64,000 bases of DNA from Thermoplasmata archaeon (GTDB taxonomy: Archaea; Thermoplasmatota; Thermoplasmata; RBG-16-68-12; JAFNFQ01), in contig JBGPQV010000004.1 of NCBI GenBank assembly GCA_041489255.1, positions 64,001-128,000 of the forward strand, read 5' to 3'. Under the pieces are notes generated by a model. The model saw only the letters and a list, made by a program, of their open reading frames with translations, was not told the DNA's origin and did no database searches. The translations under genes and the position numbers were made by a program. Of this stretch, positions 39,902 to 49,754 are shown piece after piece (the stretch's first letter is position 1; the number at the start of each line of letters is the position of its first letter).

Positions 39902-40201
39902 TCACCTTACCTCGGCGGTGAAACCCATCTCTTCCAGGGTCTGCTTGACCTTCTTGCGGTGCTCGCCCTGGAGCTCTATTTTTCCATCTTTCGCAGTCCC
40001 GCCAGCGGCGCACTTAGTCTTCAGCACACGGGCTAGTTCCTGCAGATCGATGTCGCTCGAGTCTATGCCCGCGACTATCGTCACCGTCTTCCCGTACCGC
40101 CTCCTGTCGCTGTAAATCTTGATATGCTGCTGCTCGCGGGCGATCTCTTCACACATGCACAGCTCCTCTGGCAAACCGCAGACGGAGCAAATGCCGGGCA
40201 T
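39902..40201 (-). CDS. Translation initiation factor SUI1/aIF1
   Basis: [26 protein letters not shown]. Confidence 0.95.
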   Translation of the reverse strand: MPGICSVCGLPEELCMCEEIAREQQHIKIYSDRRRYGKTVTIVAGIDSSDIDLQELARVLKTKCAAGGTAKDGKIELQGEHRKKVKQTLEEMGFTAEVR

Positions 40202-40443
40202 TATTTCGCTGCCTCCTTTGGCACTTTCTTCTCACCTCTGGTTCTCTTCTCCTCTTCCTTCATGATAGTGATCAGGCGGTTGATGCTCTTTCTGAGCGCG
40301 CGGATCCTTCCCGGGCTCGGCGGTGCGCCGCCCATCGCCGCCACGCCGCGCTCGTGCATCAGGTCGGTCCTCAGTTCCTTCAGCTTGGCGACTCTCGCCT
40401 CGGGGTCCATCTCCCGTATCTCGCGCGGCCTGATCAGAGTCAT
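40201..40443 (-). CDS. rpl29: 50S ribosomal protein uL29
   Basis: EIREM..KLKEL, PGRIR.L.K.I.R..T. Confidence 0.93.
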   Translation of the reverse strand: MTLIRPREIREMDPEARVAKLKELRTDLMHERGVAAMGGAPPSPGRIRALRKSINRLITIMKEEEKRTRGEKKVPKEAAK

Positions 40444-41318
40444 TACTTTGTCTCCTTCTTCTTCGTCTCGACATCCACGTTCATTTCTGCGCCGAGCTCC
40501 TTTGCTTCCCTGAGGACCTTCTTGAGCCTCTTCTCCGCGACTTTTCCGGTCTTGACCTTCTCCCCCTTCTCGTTCTTCCCTTCCTCCACCGTAGCGGAGG
40601 CGGGTTCGGTCGGGGGCTCAACCGGCTCGGGCATCTCGCCCGGAACCGGAGAGATTGGCGCGCCCTTGGCGGGCGGCGGTGCTTCCGTGGCGGCTGCCGT
40701 TTCCGCGGGTTGCGTGGGCAATTTCATCTCGAGCACTTCGATTTCGTCGGGGAGTTTCGCATTCGGGTCCATTATCTCCACGGTGACGCCGATTACTCCC
40801 GGCTTCAGCTTGGCGATCGTGAAACCCTTTCTCATGAACAGGTTCCTCGGTTCCCCGCAGTATTTTATGTGGCCGGCCTTGAACTTCTGAGTCCTGTGGC
40901 GCTGGCTGGTGAGCTTGCCTGCGATGATGATCAAGCAGCCCTTCGCCCCTGCGTCCATTATCCGCCTGACTGTCGAGTGGCCAGCGCGGCGGAAATGCCA
41001 ACCCCTCTCAAGGGCGTTCGCGAGCTTCTCCGCCATGACCTGGGCGTTCAGCGAAGGGTTCTCGGTCTCCTGGACCTCTATCTGGGGGTTGTTGAACTGG
41101 AACTTCGAGGAAACGGCCTCAGTCAAGGCCTTGATGGCCTCTCCCTTGCGGCCGATGATGAGACCCGGGCGCTCCGCTATGAGGGTAACCCTTGTCCCCA
41201 TGGGTGTCCTCTGGATGTCCACGCCGCCGAAGCCGGCCCTCTGTGTCTCCTTCATGAGGTATTCCTTCAGCAGAACGCGCTTGATTTTATCGGCCACGAT
41301 CTTCCTTTCGCTCGCCAC
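40443..41318 (-). CDS. rps3: 30S ribosomal protein uS3
   Basis: RPGLIIG.KG, LERGWHFRRAG, GVIGV.V; Pro/Glu/Lys-rich tail. Confidence 0.97.
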   Translation of the reverse strand: MASERKIVADKIKRVLLKEYLMKETQRAGFGGVDIQRTPMGTRVTLIAERPGLIIGRKGEAIKALTEAVSSKFQFNNPQIEVQETENPSLNAQVMAEKLANALERGWHFRRAGHSTVRRIMDAGAKGCLIIIAGKLTSQRHRTQKFKAGHIKYCGEPRNLFMRKGFTIAKLKPGVIGVTVEIMDPNAKLPDEIEVLEMKLPTQPAETAAATEAPPPAKGAPISPVPGEMPEPVEPPTEPASATVEEGKNEKGEKVKTGKVAEKRLKKVLREAKELGAEMNVDVETKKKETK

Positions 41319-41773
41319 TACTTCACCTCTTCCAGAACCAACTCTATGTTGACGGTCTCGTGGTACCACCGCGTTGATCGCCCCATGGCCCTCGGCATCA
41401 TGGCCTTGTTGGGCGAACCTTTGTGTGCCGCGATGACCTTGATTCTCATATTGTCCGATGTCAGTCCCTTGTACTCTGCGTTCTCCTGGGCGTTCTCGAT
41501 GACCTTGAGCACCGCGCGCGCGGATTTCACCGGGTACCTGCCGGGTCCGATGCCCTTCTTGTGGCCGACCCAGCGCCTGTATGTCTTGAAAGGGACGGGC
41601 TGCTTCAGGGCGATGACATTCTCGAGATACTCCTTCGCCCTCTCCACGTTCATGCCCCTTATGGCCCTGCAGAGCTCGAACGTCTTCTTGGTGGGGATGA
41701 AGAGCTCGCGCCCCATGGCTTTCGCTGTCGTCTCGGGGTCGACGTCCTGTGCCGAATATCCCGCTTTCTTCAT
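41318..41773 (-). CDS. rpl22: 50S ribosomal protein uL22
   Basis: VPF, GRYPVK, PRAMGR. Confidence 0.96.
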   Translation of the reverse strand: MKKAGYSAQDVDPETTAKAMGRELFIPTKKTFELCRAIRGMNVERAKEYLENVIALKQPVPFKTYRRWVGHKKGIGPGRYPVKSARAVLKVIENAQENAEYKGLTSDNMRIKVIAAHKGSPNKAMMPRAMGRSTRWYHETVNIELVLEEVK

Positions 41774-41781
41774 CTGTTCAC

Positions 41782-42249
41782 CTATTTCAACGGCATGAAC
41801 TTTGACGATCTGGTCGCACCGACTCCCGGGCCAGAATGCTTGACTGTCTTCCGCGTCATCGCGAACTCTCCGAGATAGTGCCCTATCATCTCCGGCTTGA
41901 TCTCCACTTTGACGAATTCCTTGCCGTTGTAGATTGCCACGGTCTTTCCTACGAAGTCAGGCAGGACGGGCACGTCCCTGCAGTGAGTCCGGAGTGGGTC
42001 CTCGCTGGCGCCATCGGATCTGAGCCTTTGAACGAAAATCGCCTGCGCTTCGTCCAGGCCGCGCTTGTAGGTCCTCCTTGCCCTCGAAGGCAACAGCTGG
42101 ACTATCTCGTCCAATGTCATCGCCTTCATCTCTTCGAGGGTGTAGCCGCGGTAGGTAAACTCCTTCTTACGGCGGACTTCGGTGCCCGCTGCCTTCTTCC
42201 TGAGCCTTCTGCGCGCTGCCTTGGCGAAACCGCCCTTCTTCCTGACCAC
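41782..42249 (-). CDS. rps19: 30S ribosomal protein uS19
   Basis: [30 protein letters not shown]. Confidence 0.97.
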   Translation of the reverse strand: MVRKKGGFAKAARRRLRKKAAGTEVRRKKEFTYRGYTLEEMKAMTLDEIVQLLPSRARRTYKRGLDEAQAIFVQRLRSDGASEDPLRTHCRDVPVLPDFVGKTVAIYNGKEFVKVEIKPEMIGHYLGEFAMTRKTVKHSGPGVGATRSSKFMPLK

Positions 42250-42959
42250 TACTTCACCTTCTTCTTCTTCTTCTTCTTCTTCTGCGGTGACAGCCTACCT
42301 ACCTTGCGCCCCGGCGGCGCTCCGGACGACACGGTGCTGGGCTTTCCTACATGCTGGTGCGCACCACCACCGTGAGGATGATCCACCGGATTCATCGCCA
42401 CGCCGCTGACCTTGAAGTACGCCTTGGCGAGCGATCTGTATGCGAAGAACTTCCTTCCGGCCTTGTAGAACGGCTTGTCGCCGCGGCCTGCGCCGGACAC
42501 GACTCCGACTGTCGCCCTGCAGTGCCTATCGAAGTCCTTCATCTGCCCTGAAGGGAGCTGCAGGATCGTCTTCGCGCCCTGGCTGACGATTAGCGCGGTG
42601 GTGCCAGCGGCACGGACCAGTTTCCCTCCATCGCCGGGCTGCATCTCGATGTTGTAGACCAGAGTGCCCTCGGGAATCTCACCCAGGGGCAGCGTGCAGC
42701 CTCTCTCGATGACCGGTTTGCCGGTCGTGACTGTTTGTCCGACCTCGAGGCCGTCGGGTGCGATCAGCATCGTCTTCTTCTCGCCGTAGCGCACAAGCGC
42801 GACAGGTGCGGAACGGCCTGGAGCCTGGATTATGTCTTCCACGACGCCTTCACCCTCGCCCTTGAAGTGCTTGACGGCGCCGAAGTGCCTGTGGCTAGGA
42901 GAGCGATAGGTCGGCGACGTTCCGCGACCCCTTCTCTGAGTCCTCAGGTTCTTTCCCAT
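42249..42959 (-). CDS. rpl2: 50S ribosomal protein uL2
   Basis: [30 protein letters not shown]. Confidence 0.98.
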   Translation of the reverse strand: MGKNLRTQRRGRGTSPTYRSPSHRHFGAVKHFKGEGEGVVEDIIQAPGRSAPVALVRYGEKKTMLIAPDGLEVGQTVTTGKPVIERGCTLPLGEIPEGTLVYNIEMQPGDGGKLVRAAGTTALIVSQGAKTILQLPSGQMKDFDRHCRATVGVVSGAGRGDKPFYKAGRKFFAYRSLAKAYFKVSGVAMNPVDHPHGGGAHQHVGKPSTVSSGAPPGRKVGRLSPQKKKKKKKKVK

Positions 42960-42967
42960 GGCCTCAC

Positions 42968-43258
42968 CTAGAACACTCCTATTCTCATGCCGATGTCCTC
43001 GGCGGAGAATTCCGGCTTCAACTTGATGATCGCGTGCTTCCCGTCCTTTCTGATGAACGTGTGCACGCTGTCCACCTTGACTTCGAACATCTGCTCGAAT
43101 GCCTTCTTGACGTCGTATTTCGTCGCCGTCCTCTTGACGATGAACTCGATCCTGTTGCCATCCTTCAGGTCCTGAGTCGGAGTGCCCGAGAGCATGTTCA
43201 GAGACTTCTCCGTCACATATGGATGCATCAATATCTCGTGCGGGTCCGTGATCACCAC
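42968..43258 (-). CDS. rpl23: 50S ribosomal protein uL23
   Basis: P.VTEKS, F.V...ATK, A..I..RIG.F. Confidence 0.94.
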   Translation of the reverse strand: MVITDPHEILMHPYVTEKSLNMLSGTPTQDLKDGNRIEFIVKRTATKYDVKKAFEQMFEVKVDSVHTFIRKDGKHAIIKLKPEFSAEDIGMRIGVF

Positions 43259-44106
43259 CCCCTCAGCTTCTCGAAGGCGCCAGCGCTGAAGATTGTCAGC
43301 CGGCCGACGTCTCCACCTGGCGCCAGGAATTCCGCGTTTAGGCCTGATGGCGTGGTCACGTCCACGCCTGGCATATTCCCGAAACCCTTCCGCACTCTGC
43401 TCGTGTCGTTCACGACGAGGAGGAAGCTCTTCGGAGACCTGTAGCGCCTTCCCCGCATCTTGCCTTTGCCGGGGCGGAGTGACGTCTTCTCCTTCGAGCG
43501 GGCGACATCCTCTGTGACGCCGAGTGAGTCGAGCACTTTGAGCGCATCCTTGGCGGTGGCCGTGTTCTCGATCTCATCCACCGCCACGAGCGGGAGCGTC
43601 ATTATCGGGCTGAAGCGGTGGCCTCTCCCCCGGACATTCTCTGCGACGCATAACGCGGACAGCGCCGAGTTGCGGGCCAGAGTCCTCTCCTTATGGTTCA
43701 TCTTCTTCGCCCAGATGGTCTCCGGGCGTGGAGGATGCGCCCTGCGGCCACCTCTCGTTCCCGGTGCCTGCGCGCCAATCATCGTGCCCCTTATCCTTGG
43801 GACTCTGGAGACGCCCTGTCCTTTCCCGGACCACCGGACTGAGTGTCGCATGCCCGATCTTCGGCCTGGGCCGTACGCTTGGCGGCGGTTTGCCCGGGAA
43901 GCCGTCACTGCGCGCCTGACCAGATCGAGCCTGAATTCCGACATGAACACGGCGGGCAACTCGACGGAATGATCGACCTTCCCTTCGAGGTTGTAGACGT
44001 TGACATTGCGAGTTGGCGGCGCCTGAGTCTCCGGGATGGGGTGCTTCTTCGCGTGGATCGGTTTCTTCACCACGCGCGTCGCCTCCTTTTTCTCCACCAT
44101 CTGCAT
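43252..44106 (-). CDS. rpl4: 50S ribosomal protein uL4
   Basis: GGRRAHPP, GKGKMRGRRY, LAPGG..GRLT. Confidence 0.97.
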   Translation of the reverse strand: MQMVEKKEATRVVKKPIHAKKHPIPETQAPPTRNVNVYNLEGKVDHSVELPAVFMSEFRLDLVRRAVTASRANRRQAYGPGRRSGMRHSVRWSGKGQGVSRVPRIRGTMIGAQAPGTRGGRRAHPPRPETIWAKKMNHKERTLARNSALSALCVAENVRGRGHRFSPIMTLPLVAVDEIENTATAKDALKVLDSLGVTEDVARSKEKTSLRPGKGKMRGRRYRSPKSFLLVVNDTSRVRKGFGNMPGVDVTTPSGLNAEFLAPGGDVGRLTIFSAGAFEKLRGW

Positions 44107-45110
44107 CAGCCCCCCTGCTTCGATTCTTTTGAAATATAGGTCATTTCAGGCGCCTTCTCTAGTGTGACATGCTTCGCGACCCTCGCGGCGTCTCGAAGGC
44201 GAACGAGCCTCTTCGTCGGCCCAGGTATGGAACCGTGCAGAAGCACGTAGTGATTCCTCACGACGCCGTAGTGCAGGAAGCCGCCGTCGGGCGTGATGTC
44301 CGCGCCGTTCTCCCCGATTTTGAGCACGCGCTTGTTATGCTCTGTCCTCTGGTGGTAGCCAACCTGCCCGCCCTGCGGCACTGTTGGTCTGATGTAGCCC
44401 GGGTTGAAATTTCCCCTGGTTCCGATCATCCGCCTGTGCTTGCTGTTCTTGTGCGACAGGAGCTTTACGCCGAATCTCTTGACGAAACCCTGCCAACCTT
44501 TGCCCTTCGTCACCGCGGCGACGTCGAGCATCGCCCCTTCCTTCGTGAAGTCGGTGATCTTGATTTCTTTGCCGAGGAGGTCGACGGCATACTTGAGTCG
44601 CGCCTCGACGGTACCTCCGCCGATTCGGTTCTCCATGATCTCGGGTTCCTTTTTCGGGATGCCCGTCACTAGGCTGGGCTGAGTGTACATGATGACGCGG
44701 ACTTCGTCGATTCTCGAGATGTCGACCTCGACCTCACCGCTCTTAGACTTCTTGTTCTTCGGGATGGGGAAGGCGCGGGCGAGCTCTTTATCGAGCTTGT
44801 CTGCCCAGATTTCCTGCGCGACCTCGTGACCGTCGTGCGTCCTCTCGTACAGCCTGACGGCCGCGACCCTCATGGGCGGCACCTCGATCACGGTGACTGG
44901 GACCTGGACCTCTTGCCCGGTGGTCGTGCTCGTGGGCCTAAAGTCGACCATCAAGGCGTGCGTCATGCCCGCCTTGTAACCCGCGAACCCCTGGAGTCTT
45001 GGCCCGTCCTGTATCTCGGGCCATCCGGAGAAATGCGGAATCTGGCTTTCGCTCCTCTTCCGCGGCGAGTACGCCATCGAGCCCTTTCGTGGCCTGTGCT
45101 CCTTCGGCAT
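44106..45110 (-). CDS. rpl3: 50S ribosomal protein uL3
   Basis: RPRKGS..PRKR, GYKAGMT, TKGKG.QG, GQ.GYHQRTE.NK. Confidence 0.98.
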   Translation of the reverse strand: MPKEHRPRKGSMAYSPRKRSESQIPHFSGWPEIQDGPRLQGFAGYKAGMTHALMVDFRPTSTTTGQEVQVPVTVIEVPPMRVAAVRLYERTHDGHEVAQEIWADKLDKELARAFPIPKNKKSKSGEVEVDISRIDEVRVIMYTQPSLVTGIPKKEPEIMENRIGGGTVEARLKYAVDLLGKEIKITDFTKEGAMLDVAAVTKGKGWQGFVKRFGVKLLSHKNSKHRRMIGTRGNFNPGYIRPTVPQGGQVGYHQRTEHNKRVLKIGENGADITPDGGFLHYGVVRNHYVLLHGSIPGPTKRLVRLRDAARVAKHVTLEKAPEMTYISKESKQGG

Positions 45111-45290
45111 GTTCAGCCTCGAAGATGCCCTCTGCTGGGACAAGGCCGTCAGAGAGCCTTCTTTTCGCGTCGACCGTGACGCTTCCTACGCCCTAGAAAG
45201 GGCTAGGCGTGTTGTTGGGTTCCGTGAGGGATAACCCACTCACGTCTGGTTCGACGCTGTCTGTCGTCAAAACATGCGGCTGTATTTAAC
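45111..45290 (-). promoter_or_regulatory. Promoter and structured 5' leader of the L3 operon
   Basis: TTAAATA box near 45283-45289, followed by about 150 nt with nested complementary segments before the ATG. Confidence 0.55.
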
Positions 45291-45522
45291 GCTTGCTATC
45301 TGCAGACCCCCGTCATCATGGGGCGTGGCTGCTGGCCGAAGGCGATCAGAAAGGCTGTTGCGGCGAACGGATTTTGCAGACTGGAGCCTTCTCATCTCGC
45401 CATGACTAGAGCCCGAGCTTGGGCTCCGGCGCAGACAACGTTGCGCATTTGATGTTCACGTCGTAGCCACCAAATACAGGAAACGCCTTGCCTTCTTCCG
45501 GCCACGCCGGCAGGTGTAAGCC

Positions 45523-46737
45523 TTGGAATTCATCGCGGCTCTGCTGATTGTGCTTGTCACCGCTCTTGCACTCGGTGAAGGATTCCGCCGCCTTGGTCAC
45601 GCCCCGCTCATCGGCGAAGTTCTCGCCGGTCTCATCCTCGGTCCGAGCCTTCTCGCATTGGTAGATACGAACCCTGCAACGAGCGCGGGGGCCGGGCTCG
45701 GGACTGTGGCGACGCTCGGTGTCTTTTTCGTCGTTCTGGCGGCGGGAATCGAGGTCGGTCGTAGCGGATTGCGACAGGCGGTGCGGGAGGGAACCGCAAT
45801 CGTCGCCGTGGTCGAGTTCATCTTCCCATTCTATCTGGGGACGCTCCTTGCCCAAGCGCTCCACCTCGATCCGCTCCCTTCGTTGCTCCTTGCGACCGGC
45901 ATGGCCGTAACGGCACTTCCTGTGAGTGTCCGAATACTGATCGACTTCGACCTCCTTCAGACCCGTCTGGGCCGCGCGATTGTCTCAGTGGCAATTGTGA
46001 ATGACATAATCGCATTTGCCATGCTTGGCGTCATCTTGACTCTGCAAAGTTCGATAACAGGGGGCGACCCGTATGGCGGCATCGCGATTGGCGTGGGGAA
46101 GATCCTCCTGTTCGTCCTGCTCGTCTCGATCATCGGATGGCTTTTCCTTCTGAAACGCGCAGACGGGCGACCACATCTGGCAGCGTTCACTGCGAAATTG
46201 AGGCGACCGGAGGCCGCGTTCGGCATCGCCGTCGCTCTCGCGCTGGGAATGGGCGCGCTGGCGGAGATGCTCGGCATACACTTCGTGGTCGGCGTGTTTT
46301 ATGCGGGGGTCTTTCTCACCTCGGAGGCGGTCGGGATGTCTCAGTTCGCCCTCGTCCGCAACACGACTCAAAGCGTTGGACTCGGTTTCCTAGCGCCCGT
46401 TTTCTTTGCGTATGTCGGTCTCCGCATATCGATAACGCAGGTAGATTGGCTCCTGGTGGCGGTGGTGACCGCCGTCGCTTTCCTGGGCAAGATCATCGGG
46501 GGAGCGATTGGCGGGTACGCTGCGGGATTCAGGGGTCGCGAGCTAGCCGCACTCGGAATCGGTTTGAACGCGCGCGGCATGATGGAACTCCTGCTGGCTG
46601 ACATAGGTCTCCAGGCCGGAATCATCACTCAGAGCCTGTACGCCGCAATCGTTTTCATGACGCTGGTGACCACTGTGTGCGCGCCGATTCTGCTGAAGCT
46701 CCTGACAAAGGGCCCGAACGCGAACTTGACTGTATGA
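45523..46737 (+). CDS. Cation:proton antiporter (CPA2/Kef-type)
   Basis: GEVLAGLILGPS, TALPV..RIL.D, NDI, PVFFA..G, GK, ARG; about 12 TM helices. Confidence 0.92.
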   Translation: MEFIAALLIVLVTALALGEGFRRLGHAPLIGEVLAGLILGPSLLALVDTNPATSAGAGLGTVATLGVFFVVLAAGIEVGRSGLRQAVREGTAIVAVVEFIFPFYLGTLLAQALHLDPLPSLLLATGMAVTALPVSVRILIDFDLLQTRLGRAIVSVAIVNDIIAFAMLGVILTLQSSITGGDPYGGIAIGVGKILLFVLLVSIIGWLFLLKRADGRPHLAAFTAKLRRPEAAFGIAVALALGMGALAEMLGIHFVVGVFYAGVFLTSEAVGMSQFALVRNTTQSVGLGFLAPVFFAYVGLRISITQVDWLLVAVVTAVAFLGKIIGGAIGGYAAGFRGRELAALGIGLNARGMMELLLADIGLQAGIITQSLYAAIVFMTLVTTVCAPILLKLLTKGPNANLTV

Positions 46738-46812
46738 CCCCGGACCTGTGCGCGACAATTCTACGAGCGCGGGAAGTCCCCCCTTTCTTGAGACACCTCA
46801 GAGACGGCGCCA

Positions 46813-47826
46813 CTAGTCCCTGAGCTCCTTGCGGAGCCACGGAGCTTGCTTCTCCCCTCCTCTGAAGCCCAGCTCCCTCATGGCGGGCAGGAAATGCTTC
46901 GGAACGAAGACCCTCAGCAGCCCCGCACCCAGTCTCTCCGCTGTGGCGGCGGCGCATTTCACGATTGTCTGGACCGAATCGGTCCTTCTTGCCTCGGCTG
47001 AACCGGACCACACGTCAATCTCGGTGACAGTCTCCGCGAAGAAGTCGCATCTCGATGCGAGGAGTAGGAATCCCAGTTGAAGCTGGTCGACCTTGACACG
47101 GACCAGCAGGTGCTTGTTGTGGCGGTCAACGCCTGCGATCTTGAACGGAGGCCAAGCGGCCAGGGCAATCTCGAACCTGAGTTGCGGCGGCTCTCTGTGG
47201 TTCCACGCTTGGAGGAAGCCGGTTATCCTGTAGTCCTCCGCCACCGGCGTCACCTTGAAATCGACATCGGGTTCCTCCATCGCTCTTAGGTCGACCTCGC
47301 ACTCTCTCGTGTCCCAGAGTTCCTTGAATCCTAGGCGCCTGAAATCCAGCGAATCCCCGCCATGCTTCGGACCCACGTCCAAATTCTTGATGCTCATCTT
47401 CCTGCAGCGTTCCTCACTCTTCTCCAAGAGCAGTCTCTCGACGGACTCCTTCCCCGCGTCCTTGCTCGCCATCAGCATTTCTATGGCAGCATACTTCTTG
47501 AACGGCGGTCCTTCATCGGCAAGCCAGAGCTCACACTCGCCCACAACCTTCCCGCCCTCCTCCGCCACCATTATCGGGAAGCCCCTCGTGATGTACTCGT
47601 GGATGTGGCGCCTGCACAGGCTGTCGTCCATCCAGTCCCCGCCATGCAGGAGCCGCTGGAACGGAGTCAGGTCCTCATAGCTGCACGGGCTGTCGCGTGT
47701 GATCGGGTTGCGGAACCAAGACCCGAATGGGTTCTCCGCGACGTGCAGCTTCACTATGGCGGTCGCATCGTTGACGGTGGCGCTTCGGACTTGCAAGTCG
47801 CCCTCCTCTGCGGTGCATGCCCTCAT
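46813..47826 (-). CDS. GNAT-fold protein
   Basis: VRSAT.ND..AI, MVAEEGGKVVG, F.RLGF and a second ELGF. Confidence 0.7.
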   Translation of the reverse strand: MRACTAEEGDLQVRSATVNDATAIVKLHVAENPFGSWFRNPITRDSPCSYEDLTPFQRLLHGGDWMDDSLCRRHIHEYITRGFPIMVAEEGGKVVGECELWLADEGPPFKKYAAIEMLMASKDAGKESVERLLLEKSEERCRKMSIKNLDVGPKHGGDSLDFRRLGFKELWDTRECEVDLRAMEEPDVDFKVTPVAEDYRITGFLQAWNHREPPQLRFEIALAAWPPFKIAGVDRHNKHLLVRVKVDQLQLGFLLLASRCDFFAETVTEIDVWSGSAEARRTDSVQTIVKCAAATAERLGAGLLRVFVPKHFLPAMRELGFRGGEKQAPWLRKELRD

Positions 47827-47987
47827 GCTCTACAAATAAGTAATGAAGCAGGGGGTTCAACGGGGACGCTTGCATGTTCCGCAATGCATCCCCTCGCCCG
47901 CTGGATGGAGAGTATCGAGTGTGGTAACGTCGTGGAAACGTTTATATCAAAACCTCTGGCTACTGAATAGCAAGGCCGGGGTTATCA

Positions 47988-48551
47988 ATGGACTCCAAGC
48001 GAATGAAGATGAAAATCTGTCTCGTCGGGGAGGCGGCGGTGGGAAAAACAAGCCTCATTCGGCGCTTCGTCCTGGATGATTTTGACGACAAGTACATTCA
48101 GACTCTGGGTACGAAGGTTTCGAAGAAGGAGCTCAAGACGAACCACCCCGACCTGGATCTCGAGCTGAAGGTCGACATGACCATATGGGACATCATGGGA
48201 CAGAAGGGATTCCGCGAACTGCTCAAAGAGGCGTATTTCTACGGAGCCAAGGGCATAGTCGCGGTCTGCGACTCGACGCGAAGGAGCACGCTCGACGACC
48301 TGGACGACTGGATCGAAGGGGTCTACAGCGTAACAGGTAAGATTCCGATCGTCTTCATAGCGAACAAGTGCGACATAAGGGAGAAGATGGAGTTCGCCGA
48401 GGCCGAGATGGTCCAGGCCACGAAGGCCTACGACTCGCCGTTCTATTTCTCCAGCGCGAAGACCGGGGAGAACGTGGAGACGGCGTTCCAATCCCTCGCC
48501 GAGCGGGTGGCCAAAGAGCGCTTGGCAAGGCGTGAACCAGTCGAGGAATAG
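47988..48551 (+). CDS. Rab/Ras-like small GTPase 1
   Basis: G1 GEAAVGKT, G2 YIQTLG, G3 WDIMGQ, G4 NKCD, G5 SAK; TTTATA at 47941. Confidence 0.93.
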   Translation: MDSKRMKMKICLVGEAAVGKTSLIRRFVLDDFDDKYIQTLGTKVSKKELKTNHPDLDLELKVDMTIWDIMGQKGFRELLKEAYFYGAKGIVAVCDSTRRSTLDDLDDWIEGVYSVTGKIPIVFIANKCDIREKMEFAEAEMVQATKAYDSPFYFSSAKTGENVETAFQSLAERVAKERLARREPVEE

Positions 48552-48602
48552 CCCTCTTGCGTCGGAGATGAACCGGCGGGCTGTCTTTTTCTCAATGAAT
48601 GA

Positions 48603-48938
48603 TTAGCCATGCCTTTGCGGAAAGATGCTGCCGCAGTATGGGCCTAGCAGTGCATCTGCCGGGGCGCGGCGGCCACATGCCGGACAGGTTCGCATCCTCG
48701 ACATCTTTGCCGCCGTGGACGCGACAGACACAATGATGGCGAGTATCATCCCGAGGAACATTGGCATCGGATTGAATGTCGGCGGCGAATGGTTCCAGTC
48801 AAAGGCTGGGAGGATCGAGATGGCGATGATGAAGAGCATCAGGGTGAGCAGCATCGACCCCTCTTGCCTATTCATTGCGGATGAATCAGACACCTCTTGT
48901 GGATTTGGCTTTCCCTGCATGGCCCGCACCCAAAGCAC
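48603..48938 (-). CDS. Small two-TM protein with degenerate zinc ribbon (start uncertain)
   Basis: Two TM helices, then CPACG..GPYCG. Confidence 0.55.
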   Translation of the reverse strand: MLWVRAMQGKPNPQEVSDSSAMNRQEGSMLLTLMLFIIAISILPAFDWNHSPPTFNPMPMFLGMILAIIVSVASTAAKMSRMRTCPACGRRAPADALLGPYCGSIFPQRHG

Positions 48939-49127
48939 AATTGAACACGACCGATGAGCAAAGTTCGCTTGGCCATCGGTAGCACGGAGATGGCCGTCCA
49001 GAGACTAGACCCCATTCACCCCTGTCATTCTCTGGTATTCGAATTGATACGCGTAATCAAGCGTGAGAAGCAGATTTGATACGTGCAGAGGAGTTTATAA
49101 CATCACGGGACTCATTTCGTATTCTTC

Positions 49128-49691
49128 ATGCAGACTGAGACTCTTCTCACACAGAAGCATGTGAAGGCGAAGCTGTGCCTCGTCGGCGAGACCGGCGTTG
49201 GCAAGACATCGTTGATCCGGAAGTTCGTGACTGACAGATTCGATGACAGGTACATCGCGACTGTCGGCACGAAGATCATGAAGAAGAGCACAGATGTCGT
49301 GTGGCGTGACGAACCGAGGACGCTCGACATGACGATCTGGGACATAATGGGAGAGAAGGGTTTCCGGACACTGCTCAAGGAGGCGTACTTCCACGGTTCA
49401 CAGGGCATCATCGCGGTCTGCGACCTCACCAGGCCCGATACGCTGTTTGACCTGAACGGATGGGTGAATCTCGCGCTAAAGCAGGTCGGAGATGTGCCGT
49501 TCGTTTTCTTGGGGAACAAGGCTGACCTGTCGAAGGAGAAGGCGGTGGACGAGGAAGACCTCGCGAAGCTGTCCGCGATTCACAAGTCCCCTTACTATCT
49601 CACAAGCGCGAAGACCGGCGAGAACATCGACAACGCGTTCAAGTCGATTTCGAAGGCCATGGTCGCAGCATGTTCAGACGAGACTGGATGA
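49128..49691 (+). CDS. Rab/Ras-like small GTPase 2
   Basis: GETGVGKT, YIATVG, WDIMGE, NKAD, SAK; TTTATAA at 49094. Confidence 0.93.
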   Translation: MQTETLLTQKHVKAKLCLVGETGVGKTSLIRKFVTDRFDDRYIATVGTKIMKKSTDVVWRDEPRTLDMTIWDIMGEKGFRTLLKEAYFHGSQGIIAVCDLTRPDTLFDLNGWVNLALKQVGDVPFVFLGNKADLSKEKAVDEEDLAKLSAIHKSPYYLTSAKTGENIDNAFKSISKAMVAACSDETG

Positions 49692-49754
49692 GGATATCAC
49701 TTGAGATAACCACGAAGGAACTGATTTATAAGCGCGGGAACGTGGATTCTCTCG

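Noticed and set aside
42259-42282. (TTC)n run as a contingency repeat
   Set aside because: It encodes the in-frame poly-Lys tail of uL2; triplet slippage would not switch phase.
31234-45196. Many long plus-strand ORFs over the ribosomal operon
   Set aside because: Antisense ORFs expected from GC-rich codon bias.
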